Shown here piece by piece: positions 1 to 9,240 of a DNA stretch of 64,000 bases. Both the position numbers and the translations under genes were made by a program. This DNA is from an uncultured virus (IMG/VR IMGVR_UViG_3300025121_000020) (lineage: Duplodnaviria > Heunggongvirae > Uroviricota > Caudoviricetes): the IMG/VR virus record IMGVR_UViG_3300025121_000020. The stretch is one strand, 5' to 3'. The first letter of the stretch is position 1. Each line of letters starts with the position of its first letter. The notes below the pieces were generated by a model. The model had not been told where the DNA came from and ran no database searches. It was given only the letters and a program-made list of their open reading frames with translations.

Positions 1-126
1 CGCCTTGGGCTCCGCCTTGGGCTCCGCCTTGGGCTCCGCCTTGGGCTCCGCCTTGGGCTCCGCCTTGGGCTCCGCCTTGGGCTCCGCCTTGGGCTCCGCC
101 TTGGGCTCCGCCTTGGGCTCCGCCTT
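1..126. repeat. 12-nt perfect tandem repeat (CGCCTTGGGCTC x10.5, cut by window edge) encoding AEPK
   Basis: Directly visible; in frame with the minus-strand ORF starting at 2313. Confidence 0.97.
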
Positions 127-2313
127 GAGGGGTTCGATTCGATCGATAAATTGCCTTGGCATGCCCCCGGTACCTATCCTTCCGTTTGGATAGTGGATCA
201 GTGTCTTCACGTAACCAGGTTTAACTTCTGTGAACTCTACGTCTTGGGAAACTCCTTCTTTTGAGTACAATCGATGCGTTGGTCCTGTCGACCCTGTGAT
301 TGTTTGTTGCTCATTGTAGTGCTTTGGCGCTACTTGAGACATGAGTTTCACCAACTGGTTTGCGTCTATCTCAGGTCGCAGACCCCTATCAATAACGAAC
401 TGACTATAAACAGAATCCAATCCCCTCGCTTTGTAATCGGCTGCGAGGTCTGCGGCGGAAGCATATCTACGAGACACTGCGCTCGTGACTTTTACGCCCG
501 AAGATACTGGAAGGTTGCTCCACTCATCCGCAGGTTTCTCCTCTTTTTTCTCGGCAGGTTTACGATCTACCAGATCATGAATCGCCTCTACTTCCTTCCC
601 TCCTACACGAAAAGTATGCTGCGAACCGCTAAGGCGACGCATCTCTAGGTATGTGCCGTTGTTCTCCACATTCACAACTTCAGCATTGTAGGATGGTGCA
701 CCAAACTGCCCCTTAACGCGGACCTTCGATCCAAAGTAGCGCTGCCGATCCTCATACGACACATCCCCAAACGGCTTCTCGCTCGGCACAAAGTCCTTGA
801 CTGCGTTTCCAGTAGGGGTCTCCTCCTCTTTCTCTTTCTCAGGCTTCCATCCCTCCGAGATCATACGCTTGTTCTCATCGTCCAGATCTTTCGCAGAGAA
901 CCCGGTCTTGCGCGCGACGGGGCCGAACATATCGGATCGGTACTCTCCCAACTGCTGTGCGGCTTTGTGCAGAGATTCCGGAGTGGAGCCCTCTTTGGTA
1001 TGGTACGCCTCGAGCGCCTTACGGATGGCGGGATTGCTCTCGAGGGACGTGATAGGAACGGTGCGGGACGTCGCCAGCACGCTCTTCGCGTACTCGATCT
1101 CCGGCTTCGTTTTCAGCAGGTACGACGTTCCTTCCCCCTCGTTCTCCAGAGTCAATGTCGGTATCACCCCCTTCTTTCCCGTCACGGCCTTGACGTGTCC
1201 CCCCGCGATGATCTTGTCGATGAATTCCTTATTCGACATCACCTTCCCGTCGTGGGTCACCTTCTGGTGCTCCAGAGCCCGCACGTTGTTGTCGTGCGCG
1301 CGCTTCTTGCTCCACTCCTCACTCTTCGCGCGCTCCGCCGCGTCGGCTTCTGCAGCCGCCCGGACTCCCTCTTCCCCCACGTGCTTTTGGAGACCCGCCT
1401 CCGTGGACGCTCCGGTCTTTCCCAGCGGGATCCCCGTTTCCTCTTCGAAGAACTTGCGCGACAGGGGGTTCCCGGAGTGCATGTGTTCCGCGAGTGCCTT
1501 GATGTCCTTGCTGCGAATGTGCCCTTCGAGCTTCCCCGCGTGCTTGAGTGCCTTGTGCATCGCGTCGGACTCGACGTGCTCCCCCACCCTGTCCGGCTCC
1601 TGCCCATCCGCGCGGTACTGCTTCACCCAGGAAGACGCGAGTCTGTCAGCGTAGGCTTTCGCGTGGTCTGAGAGGTTCGCCCGCATGCCCGGGATCTCTT
1701 CCAGGCGTCGCGCATGTTCTTTAGCCTCCGCCTCGTTCGCGCGCTTCACCTCTTCGCGGTGTTTCTCTTCCATCCTACGCGTCTGGCGTGCCTGAAGTTC
1801 CTTCGCGGCGGGGTGTTCCGCGTGGAGTGCGCGCAGCTCACCTGTCTGCAGATCGCTTCGCTTGTTTTTCTCCCACTCCAGATCGTTCGCTTCCTCATAC
1901 AAGCGCCGGATCTCGGCCTGGTGTGCTGCCAGCTTCTCAGGCTTGCGGGGCTTCGGTCCCACCTCGAGCGCGCGTGCGTCCTCACGCAATTTACCGGACC
2001 GCTGGCGCATATCTTCCATGGCGGGTCCGTGGGAGTCCTTGATGCGCTTGTCGTGGGACTCGAGTTCGATTTGGAGATCTTCATCGCTGCGATCCGGGTG
2101 ACCCCCTATCTTTTTTTCCCACTCTCGCTTCTTCGCCGCGTCCTGGGTACCCTCGTGGATCTTTCGCATCACTTCCAGGGGCATAGGTTTCGCCGGAGCC
2201 CCGTGACCGTCCACGATGGACCCGATCTTTCCGTCCACAATCGGGACGTGCTTACGGTCTTCTCCCTCTCCGAGGGTGACCCACTTTTCGACGCCGGGAA
2301 AATCTTGTGCCAT
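1..2313 (-). CDS. Large putative head-internal/cargo protein, type-B leader (3'-truncated by window edge, >770 aa; absent from ORF track)
   Basis: ATG at 2313 reads MAQDFPGVEKWVTLGEGEDRKHVPIVDGKIGSIVDGHGAPAKPMPLEVMRKIHEGTQDAAKKREWE, near-identical to the internal module of 2382..7304. The frame appears open to position 1, where it encodes (AEPK)n. Confidence 0.85.
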   Translation of the reverse strand, partial: MAQDFPGVEKWVTLGEGEDRKHVPIVDGKIGSIVDGHGAPAKPMPLEVMRKIHEGTQDAAKKREWEKKIGGHPDRSDEDLQIELESHDKRIKDSHGPAMEDMRQRSGKLREDARALEVGPKPRKPEKLAAHQAEIRRLYEEANDLEWEKNKRSDLQTGELRALHAEHPAAKELQARQTRRMEEKHREEVKRANEAEAKEHARRLEEIPGMRANLSDHAKAYADRLASSWVKQYRADGQEPDRVGEHVESDAMHKALKHAGKLEGHIRSKDIKALAEHMHSGNPLSRKFFEEETGIPLGKTGASTEAGLQKHVGEEGVRAAAEADAAERAKSEEWSKKRAHDNNVRALEHQKVTHDGKVMSNKEFIDKIIAGGHVKAVTGKKGVIPTLTLENEGEGTSYLLKTKPEIEYAKSVLATSRTVPITSLESNPAIRKALEAYHTKEGSTPESLHKAAQQLGEYRSDMFGPVARKTGFSAKDLDDENKRMISEGWKPEKEKEEETPTGNAVKDFVPSEKPFGDVSYEDRQRYFGSKVRVKGQFGAPSYNAEVVNVENNGTYLEMRRLSGSQHTFRVGGKEVEAIHDLVDRKPAEKKEEKPADEWSNLPVSSGVKVTSAVSRRYASAADLAADYKARGLDSVYSQFVIDRGLRPEIDANQLVKLMSQVAPKHYNEQQTITGSTGPTHRLYSKEGVSQDVEFTEVKPGYVKTLIHYPNGRIGTGGMPRQFIDRIEPLKAEPKAEPKAEPKAEPKAEPKAEPKAEPKAEPKAEPKAEPKA

Positions 2314-2331
2314 TGCTTCACCTTCTCTAGG

Positions 2332-2395
2332 TTACGGTGCCTTACGGTGCCTTACGGTGCCTTACGGTGCCTTACGGTGCCTTACGGTGCCTTAC
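2332..2395. repeat. 10-nt tandem repeat TTACGGTGCC x6.4
   Basis: Directly visible; multiplies the last codons and TAA stop of 2382..7304. Confidence 0.97.
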
Positions 2396-5300
2396 CTAAC
2401 TCTACGTCATCCGGGTGCTCCCAGCTCATGGCGGCCTTCACCGCACGCACTGGCTTCTCCCCGTGCTTCCCTATCTCTTCGGACTGGTCTTTCAGCGACC
2501 AGTCTACCCCCGTCCCCAGCAGCGCGGCTGTTACCTGCTTCCCCTGCGTAGCTGACGCCACTTCCGCAATTCGGGATCCAGTGGGAATGTGCGTCACTAT
2601 GTACCCGGTGTTCCGCGACGCGGCGAACTTCTGCCTGGAAGGGTCATCAGGGTGAGTCTTGTGTACGAGGAAGTGCTCGCCGAAGACTGTTCCCTCTCGC
2701 TCCCCTACTGCGTCCCCGTCGGCACCTCGAAGGGTCGCCTTGCCCTTCTTCCCCTTCATCCCCTCCACCTTCGCGTCGAGCGCCGCGTGCCACTCCCGGG
2801 CCTTATTCTGCCGTCGCTCAGCTTCCACCCGCCGATCTTCCTCCGCCTGTTGAGCTGCGGCTCTCTGCTGGCGGAGCTTTTCCGCGCGCGCCGCAGCGTG
2901 CGGGTGCGTGAAGGTGGTTCCTGCGCCGTGCCTCTCGACGTAGCGCTCTATCGCCTCCTCCGGCGTCTCCTTGTACCCGGACAGAGTAGTTTCCCACGCG
3001 TCGTTGGACCCCTTCGGCCGGAAGTACGTCCCGTGCAGAACGCGACCGTCCTCTTGGTGCGCGGCCTTGACGGCGATCTCGTCCCCGTGCTCGTCGGTAC
3101 CGATCGGCGTGTGGGGGGCCAGGTCAAAGCGCTTCTTTTCGTCGCGGTCGAAGATGGTCTTGCGTAGGCTCTCACTCACTCCCAGATTATCAGGGTGGAA
3201 GGATGTCGCCGGCGCTCCCGATGCGACTGCATCCTGCATGAGTTTCGCATGCTCCTGAACCCACTCCCGGCGGACCTTGGGCCAGCTCCCCATCGTCTCG
3301 TGGTACTCCTTCGCCTTTCGGGCGTTGAGCCAGGCGTCTCGGTCGATGGACTGGACGGGGAGATCTGCGGGAGGGGTGCTCAGCTCTCTCAGGCGGGAGT
3401 CGATCGCGTGGAGGCGGTTGTAGGCCTGCCCTACGTCGACTTTGCGCATAGATTCTGCTTCCCCTGGTCTGGAGTTTTTTACGTGCCACCCGGGACCTGT
3501 GACGTTCTCCCCCATTTGATCCAGTTTATCCGCTGTCATCCCCCGCAGGGATCGAAGCGTCCCCACGTCCGTCATCTTCGCGATCTTCTCTTCATCTGGG
3601 TGCCTGTACTTCTTCAGTTCCTCTGGCACTTCCCAGAGCGGCCCAGAGTCTCGTTTCGCGATCAGATGCTTCGCGAACTCGATCCCAGTGGCCCCGATGT
3701 CCTTTTCCGACAACTGCGTACCGCCCAGCGTGGTCAGCTTTTGGTGCGAGTCGACGCCCTCTACCCAGCGCCCACGTACCTGCATGTGGTACGTCTTGCC
3801 CGTCGGCTCCTCCACTCTCGCCCCCTGCTTCACCATGTCCTTGATGTGCTCGCGTATCGCGTTGTTATTTCCGTCGACCATGGTGTACTTGTCGAGGTGC
3901 CCTACGGCGCGCGCCCTCTGGAGGGGAGACATCTTCTCGTCAAATCCGCTCAGATCTTCGCGTGCCCTCCTGTCCTTCTCTTCCAGCTCGAGCGTCTCCA
4001 GGCGCGCCTTTAGATCCCGCACGTGGTTCGCAGCTCGGGAATCATCGAGCTCCTTCTCTCGGTCGATCTCTGAGACGGGGAGGATCTGGTGAGACTTCGA
4101 CCCGTCCGTTGAGACGAAGAACGACAGCGGGCTCTCCGGAGTCATTCTGCTGGCACGCTCGATCTTGCGTGTCGCGATGTTCCCGGCCGTGGCGGTCTTC
4201 CAGGTCGACCCCACCGTGAGCCCTCCGGGGGATGTGGGTACTTTGTACTCGTCCATGACGTGCTTCGGCACTTCTTTCCCCTCCGCTATGGCTTGGTCCA
4301 CGTGGTAACGGTGCTCCGCGGTCTTCGAGATCGCCCTGCCCGCCGCGCGGACCTTCTTGTCCAGTTCCTGGTAAGTGTCGACGTCACTCGACAGTTCCTT
4401 GTCGCGACCGTACTTGCGCACGTGCTCGAGCGCGTCGTCTGCAGAACCGCGAAGGTGCTCCGACATGTACTTCCGGTACGCAGGGTGCTTCTGGACCTTC
4501 GCCAGCAAGTCATCCCGTTCGCGCTCCATCTGGCGCACGCCCATATCTTCGTACATCTGGTCGCCGTGCGGGTGGGATTTTACCCCGGTCTGCCCGTACA
4601 CGGTGGAAGACTTCTCCCAGGGCTGCAGGTCCTCGTGCAAGACGCGGGTGAAGGCGTCGTCTGCCTCCCGCGATACTTCAGAGTAGCGCGGGTGGGATGG
4701 GTCGACCCCGACGGCTGCGAGCACGTTATCCTTGACGTTGTCCGCGCTAGAACTGCCGTAGCGACCTATGGTCAGGCGGCGCTTCTGGGTCTCGGAACGA
4801 ATCCTGTCTGCTAAGGTAACCCCTTCCGGATGAGCGGCGACTCGCTCCCCCCACTCCGCCTTCTTCTTGGCGTCCACAGTCCCCTCGTGGATCTTACGCA
4901 TCACCTCGAGCGGCATAGGACGAGCCGGTGCACCGTGCCCGTCCACGATGGATCCGATCTTTCCGTCCACGATCGGAACGTGCTTTGCTTCGTCACCATG
5001 ACCGAGGGTGACCCATCGTTCGACACCGGGAATCTCACCCTTCGCCAGCTCCCGTAGCTTCTGGCTTCCCATAGCAGGGATCTGCTTCTTGTTGTCCTCA
5101 CGCTCGAGGATGTGACGCCCGGCTTTGTCGATACCGCGGTAATAGACGCGGTGGCCGGTAGGGGTCTCGTAGAGGGCGTTGAGTCTGGCGGTGGAGGCGG
5201 TGGGGGGAGGTTGGGTCTCCTTCGGCGTCTCCTTCGGCGTCTCCTTCGGCGTCTCCTTCGGCGCAGGTATTTTTAGACCCGGATAATCCTTCAATACATC

Positions 5301-7304
5301 CTCCGGAACAGGTTTCCCTTGCTCTAGCGCCGCAGCAACTTGGCTCCGATGCGTTTGCCGCACTTCCCGCCCGTGCTCAGGTATCGACGTGCTCTTCTCT
5401 CTGCGTGGAGCGTACCACTTCTTTGAGGGTAACTGCATCGTTGGTTCACGTTCGAATCCACCACGTGAGCGCATGATAGGCGGCGCAAGGTGATCTAGTG
5501 CTTCCGGAGTAGCGGCGGACTTGATGGCGGCTGCGTGTTCGGCTTTGGTCATCTGCCAAGCAGGCTTCGCCTCAGCAGGCTTCGCCTCAGCAGGCTTCGC
5601 CGGCTCCTCAACGCTCTTTTCCGCATGCTCCAGGGCGTACCCGATGTCTCCCACCGATGCCGAGTTGCTCAGCCAGTCACTGGGGGCATTCATGTCCTTT
5701 TGAATGCTCTCGGACAGTGCTTCCCAGTGCGGGTGTTTTTGTAACCTTTCTAGCGAACTCTCCCAGTTGATCCCCCATTTCACCCTCTCCCCTTGCGCCG
5801 CCATGAGCCCGCGCTTCGCATCGTCCTCAGAGTCAAAGTGGTGTAGGGCCATACCTGACGCTACGTGCGTCACCGTCCACCTTCCTTCGTCCAGACTCGG
5901 GTGCACGGCCAGCCCTTTGAAGACTTGCGCCGGCTTGGATACCTTTCCGTCCTTCCCGACAACATCGATTGCCTTACTCGCCCACGGAACACGCTTGACC
6001 AGCGCGTCCCACCCCGGCAGGTACTTCTGCTGCCTCTCGTACCCGTTCCGGAGAGAGTAGTGCAGGTTATCTGGAAGACGGCGCATTTTTGCGGCTACGT
6101 CTTCAGGGATGCCCGCGAACTTCTCGTCAGTCTCTGCTGGATACAGGCTCTTCGCCACCATGCGGCGCACGCGCTCATCCTGTTGCCTCACATTCCGGAT
6201 CATGCTGCGCAGTTGATCGGGAGGTAGGGCGTCTATCGCGGCTGGTCCTCCATTCGGACCGTGGCGCTTGAGCGCCTCAGCGTTCCCATTCGTGAGAACG
6301 TCGCCCACGTCGAACGGTAGCGCGTCTTCTTTGAGCCCAGACTTTTCCACCGTCCGCTCGAGCGCGTTGTAGGCGAGGGCGTACTCCTCTTTCAGAGCGG
6401 AGTGGGAGGCGTCCTTGGGGGGAGAAGAGAATTTGTTGTAGATGTCACGATCTGATGGAGAGAAGTAGGCACGCTGTCCGGAGTCGGTAGTGGTGCCTGG
6501 TAACCCCTCCGGGTGCTTCCTCGCGTAAGCTCTCCAGTCCACTTCGAGCGCTAGGCGCCCCGTGCCCTGTTGACGTGGAAGGCCAATCCCTTTCATGATG
6601 TCCCACTGTAGCCCTTGCTCTTTTTGAACGGTAGGGTTGCTCTGGTACGGGCCGCGCACTATACGCACGTGGCTGAGATACTCCAGGGGAGAGCGTGGAA
6701 GAGACGCTCCTATCGATTTTGAGTACCGATCCACCATCTTCTTGAGTTCTGCGAACGCAGGGTGTCCTTCTATCGCGGGGAAGACCTTGTCCTTGTACGC
6801 GTCTATGACCTGTTGTGTGCTCATCCCCTTCGTCGGGTCAATGTACTCGCGCGACACCTTTGGCTGCTCTTCCACCGCCGGTCCCATCCACGTCCACTCC
6901 CTGTGCAATCTCGGTGTCTTCCGCCACTGGTGGAAGATCTTCTGCGGCACCTCCCCCTCGGCAGACGCGATCACACCGTCCCCCTCGTAATGGTGGAAGG
7001 TGGTCTTCTTTCCCCCCACCTCGTGCGTTGACCCATGTTCCGGACGGAGGCCACCCTCGAGCGCCGCGACGACGTGCTGGAGGTGCGTCTTGGAGTCGGG
7101 GTGCTCGGAGATGCGCTTCTCCCATTCTCGCTTCTTCGCTGCGTCCACAGTCCCCTCGTGGATCTTCCGCATCACCTCGAGCGGGGGAGGCGCCGTGTGC
7201 CCACCAACGATCTTCCCGCCCTCTTCGTGCCCACCAAAGATCGGGATCACCTTTCGGTCTTCACCTTCGCCCAGGGTCCGGAATCGCACAGTTTCTTCGG
7301 GCAT
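2382..7304 (-). CDS. 1640-aa polyvalent-type putative head-internal protein with two type-B leader modules
   Basis: Long ORF with AGGAG SD. The leader module occurs at the N-terminus and again near aa 760. Also two 'H..V..A...GK.VP..V..Y' modules, a duplicated 'VTH..[ST]G' module, and KETP and AEAKP repeats. Confidence 0.85.
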   Translation of the reverse strand: MPEETVRFRTLGEGEDRKVIPIFGGHEEGGKIVGGHTAPPPLEVMRKIHEGTVDAAKKREWEKRISEHPDSKTHLQHVVAALEGGLRPEHGSTHEVGGKKTTFHHYEGDGVIASAEGEVPQKIFHQWRKTPRLHREWTWMGPAVEEQPKVSREYIDPTKGMSTQQVIDAYKDKVFPAIEGHPAFAELKKMVDRYSKSIGASLPRSPLEYLSHVRIVRGPYQSNPTVQKEQGLQWDIMKGIGLPRQQGTGRLALEVDWRAYARKHPEGLPGTTTDSGQRAYFSPSDRDIYNKFSSPPKDASHSALKEEYALAYNALERTVEKSGLKEDALPFDVGDVLTNGNAEALKRHGPNGGPAAIDALPPDQLRSMIRNVRQQDERVRRMVAKSLYPAETDEKFAGIPEDVAAKMRRLPDNLHYSLRNGYERQQKYLPGWDALVKRVPWASKAIDVVGKDGKVSKPAQVFKGLAVHPSLDEGRWTVTHVASGMALHHFDSEDDAKRGLMAAQGERVKWGINWESSLERLQKHPHWEALSESIQKDMNAPSDWLSNSASVGDIGYALEHAEKSVEEPAKPAEAKPAEAKPAWQMTKAEHAAAIKSAATPEALDHLAPPIMRSRGGFEREPTMQLPSKKWYAPRREKSTSIPEHGREVRQTHRSQVAAALEQGKPVPEDVLKDYPGLKIPAPKETPKETPKETPKETQPPPTASTARLNALYETPTGHRVYYRGIDKAGRHILEREDNKKQIPAMGSQKLRELAKGEIPGVERWVTLGHGDEAKHVPIVDGKIGSIVDGHGAPARPMPLEVMRKIHEGTVDAKKKAEWGERVAAHPEGVTLADRIRSETQKRRLTIGRYGSSSADNVKDNVLAAVGVDPSHPRYSEVSREADDAFTRVLHEDLQPWEKSSTVYGQTGVKSHPHGDQMYEDMGVRQMERERDDLLAKVQKHPAYRKYMSEHLRGSADDALEHVRKYGRDKELSSDVDTYQELDKKVRAAGRAISKTAEHRYHVDQAIAEGKEVPKHVMDEYKVPTSPGGLTVGSTWKTATAGNIATRKIERASRMTPESPLSFFVSTDGSKSHQILPVSEIDREKELDDSRAANHVRDLKARLETLELEEKDRRAREDLSGFDEKMSPLQRARAVGHLDKYTMVDGNNNAIREHIKDMVKQGARVEEPTGKTYHMQVRGRWVEGVDSHQKLTTLGGTQLSEKDIGATGIEFAKHLIAKRDSGPLWEVPEELKKYRHPDEEKIAKMTDVGTLRSLRGMTADKLDQMGENVTGPGWHVKNSRPGEAESMRKVDVGQAYNRLHAIDSRLRELSTPPADLPVQSIDRDAWLNARKAKEYHETMGSWPKVRREWVQEHAKLMQDAVASGAPATSFHPDNLGVSESLRKTIFDRDEKKRFDLAPHTPIGTDEHGDEIAVKAAHQEDGRVLHGTYFRPKGSNDAWETTLSGYKETPEEAIERYVERHGAGTTFTHPHAAARAEKLRQQRAAAQQAEEDRRVEAERRQNKAREWHAALDAKVEGMKGKKGKATLRGADGDAVGEREGTVFGEHFLVHKTHPDDPSRQKFAASRNTGYIVTHIPTGSRIAEVASATQGKQVTAALLGTGVDWSLKDQSEEIGKHGEKPVRAVKAAMSWEHPDDVELGKAP
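5215..5262. repeat. 12-nt x4 in-frame repeat (KETP)
   Basis: GTCTCCTTCGGC x4. Confidence 0.95.
5559..5601. repeat. 15-nt x~3 in-frame repeat (AEAKP)
   Basis: AGCAGGCTTCGCCTC repeated. Confidence 0.9.
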
Positions 7305-7369
7305 GGGATGCGCTCCTAAGTTGAGGTACGTGGTTCAGGTTTTCAGCTTACACGAGTGGCGGGGATAAG

Positions 7370-7558
7370 TCAACGCCTGAGCTTGACGAGTCGGCCGGAG
7401 ACGCGGCGGTGCCTGCGCTTCTCGCGCGGAGGTTGTCCAGGTACGCGCACCCACGTAACCCCGTTATTGGTACTGGTGTAGCACGCGCGGTCCGTCAGCA
7501 CATACAGTTTAGGTGGCACAGCTCCCTGCGGGTTGGCGTCAAGTATTTCTATGCGCAT
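7370..7558 (-). CDS. Small basic protein (62 aa)
   Basis: AGGA SD; C-terminal EKRRHRRVSGRLVKLRR shared with the adjacent gene. Confidence 0.7.
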   Translation of the reverse strand: MRIEILDANPQGAVPPKLYVLTDRACYTSTNNGVTWVRVPGQPPREKRRHRRVSGRLVKLRR

Positions 7559-7566
7559 GGCACATC

Positions 7567-7740
7567 CTAGCGTTTGAGTTTGACGAGTCTGCCAGAGATG
7601 CGACGGTGCTTGCGTTTCTCCGGTAAGGGACGGAGGACCCTCCAGCGCTGCGTCACCCAGACGAACGTGCTCGCGCTGCTCACCGTACTCACGCGTAAAG
7701 TCGAACTCGTAATGTCCGACTGCTGTGCGGATACTTTCAC
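7567..7740 (-). CDS. Small basic protein (57 aa), paralogous tail to 7370..7558
   Basis: GTG start overlaps the upstream stop (GTGA); ends EKRKHRRISGRLVKLKR. Confidence 0.65.
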   Translation of the reverse strand: MKVSAQQSDITSSTLRVSTVSSASTFVWVTQRWRVLRPLPEKRKHRRISGRLVKLKR

Positions 7741-8972
7741 AGCTTCACCAGATACCCAGTCGTCGCCCCCGTCTCTCCGAACAGCCCCCAGGTATCCCCT
7801 CCCACCCAAGGTCCCGCCACCGCATTCGCCGAGTCATTCCCCAGCGCTCCAAACACAGTCTTATCCGAGAGGACACCATCCCAACTATACGTTGCCACCG
7901 TCGCTTGTTCCTGATACGCAAAGTCCATCTCGTATCCAACCGCGCGTGCCGTCCCGTTTAAGACGGTGACTCCGGAGTATCCGTCGTCCAGCTCTGTCCC
8001 GGACCGCGCGGACCAAGTCAGGTTACCCTCCCCGTCAAATCCCGCCGCGAAGGCGTCGCTGTACGCGGTTCCGTCCGCGGGGGCGTAGGTGGTACCGACC
8101 AGCACCCCGCCCGCCGTTACCGCGCTGGGGAAATCGTCTGCCTCCGTCCCAAACTGGGTGACGTTGACAACGTCCAGCTCGCTGGTTAGCACGGCCAACC
8201 ACCCGTCGTACTCCCCGAACGCCTCCTCTCCCAGCGTGCCATTTGTGTTTCCCGTGACGAAAACGCGGCCATCCTCTCGAACCGATACCCCCGTCCCGCG
8301 AGTGTGCGCGCCGGCCGAGAAGTGCACTGAGCGTATCAGGACCCCATCTACGGAGTACCAACTGAGGACGGCCCCGGCGTCGTCTTGGCCCACCGCGTAG
8401 ATTCCATCCTGCGATGCGGCGACTCCCGCGACTCTCGCCACCGATACCGACCACACGATGCTTCCGGCGTCAATGCGCGTCAGGGATTCCGTTCCCCCGG
8501 CGTACACTGACGCCCCCAACAGGGCCAGACCCTTCACGGCATCCGAAAGCTGGACGCTCCACTCATCCAGCCCGTAGCACGTGACGAAGGCATCTCCCGC
8601 CGCGCACACGCGCTCGGAGTCCGCGGCTACTGCGTCGACCACACCCTCTACTTGCCAGCCCGGGTCGTCCGTCAGCCCGTCGCAGTCGTTGTCCGCACCG
8701 TCTTGGACGTCGTACGCTCCGGAATTGGTGGCTGGATTGCTGTCGTCGCAATCCCCGTAGCAGGGGGTGTACTCGTCGCCGTCGAAGTCGAGCCCGTCGT
8801 CCGGGACGTCGTCGCAGTCGTTGTCGACGTGGTCGCAGACTTCTGCGGCGTCTGGATAGATGGAGGGATTCCCGTCGTCACAGTCCTGATCGTCTGGGAA
8901 GCCGTCCCCGTCGGAGTCGGGCTGACAGGTGGGGGAGAGAAGTAAGAGACTGAGTAGTAAGGAACGGAACAT
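7737..8972 (-). CDS. Secreted/lipoprotein with Asp/Cys metal-binding (MopE-like) repeats and beta-propeller-like C-terminus
   Basis: Hydrophobic signal ending in Cys (MFRSLLLSLLLLSPTC); two DCDD.NP......D..DNDCD repeats; 'VFVTGNT.G.L...YDGW' and 'QFGT..DD' propeller-type repeats; GGAGG SD. Confidence 0.8.
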   Translation of the reverse strand: MFRSLLLSLLLLSPTCQPDSDGDGFPDDQDCDDGNPSIYPDAAEVCDHVDNDCDDVPDDGLDFDGDEYTPCYGDCDDSNPATNSGAYDVQDGADNDCDGLTDDPGWQVEGVVDAVAADSERVCAAGDAFVTCYGLDEWSVQLSDAVKGLALLGASVYAGGTESLTRIDAGSIVWSVSVARVAGVAASQDGIYAVGQDDAGAVLSWYSVDGVLIRSVHFSAGAHTRGTGVSVREDGRVFVTGNTNGTLGEEAFGEYDGWLAVLTSELDVVNVTQFGTEADDFPSAVTAGGVLVGTTYAPADGTAYSDAFAAGFDGEGNLTWSARSGTELDDGYSGVTVLNGTARAVGYEMDFAYQEQATVATYSWDGVLSDKTVFGALGNDSANAVAGPWVGGDTWGLFGETGATTGYLVKL

Positions 8973-9030
8973 AGGTACCTCCAGTTGTTAAGATAAGTAC
9001 GAAACGTACATACTGAGCTACTGAGCAATA

Positions 9031-9228
9031 TCAAACCGGGGCTGTCTGTTGCGCACGTACCCATTCCTCTGCCACGAACCTGCACGCGTCCGCGAGGTTC
9101 GCCTTGCTCTGCTCTCGGTACGCCTTGATCCGCAACGTCACCTCGCGCGGACATGTGCAGTAATGCCCAGCACGCAGCGAATCGAGCCACTTCTTCTCGC
9201 TGCACGCGGGGCACATCTCCCTGAACAC
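9031..9228 (-). CDS. Small Cys-containing hypothetical protein
   Basis: GGAG SD from the tnpB 3' end; CxxC...CxC. Confidence 0.55.
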   Translation of the reverse strand: MFREMCPACSEKKWLDSLRAGHYCTCPREVTLRIKAYREQSKANLADACRFVAEEWVRAQQTAPV

Positions 9229-9240
9229 GTACCCGTTCTC

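Noticed and set aside
4203..4226. GGLTVGST resembling the encapsulin loading peptide LTVGSL
   Set aside because: Single internal imperfect match lacking the key Leu; more likely the start of a small beta domain.
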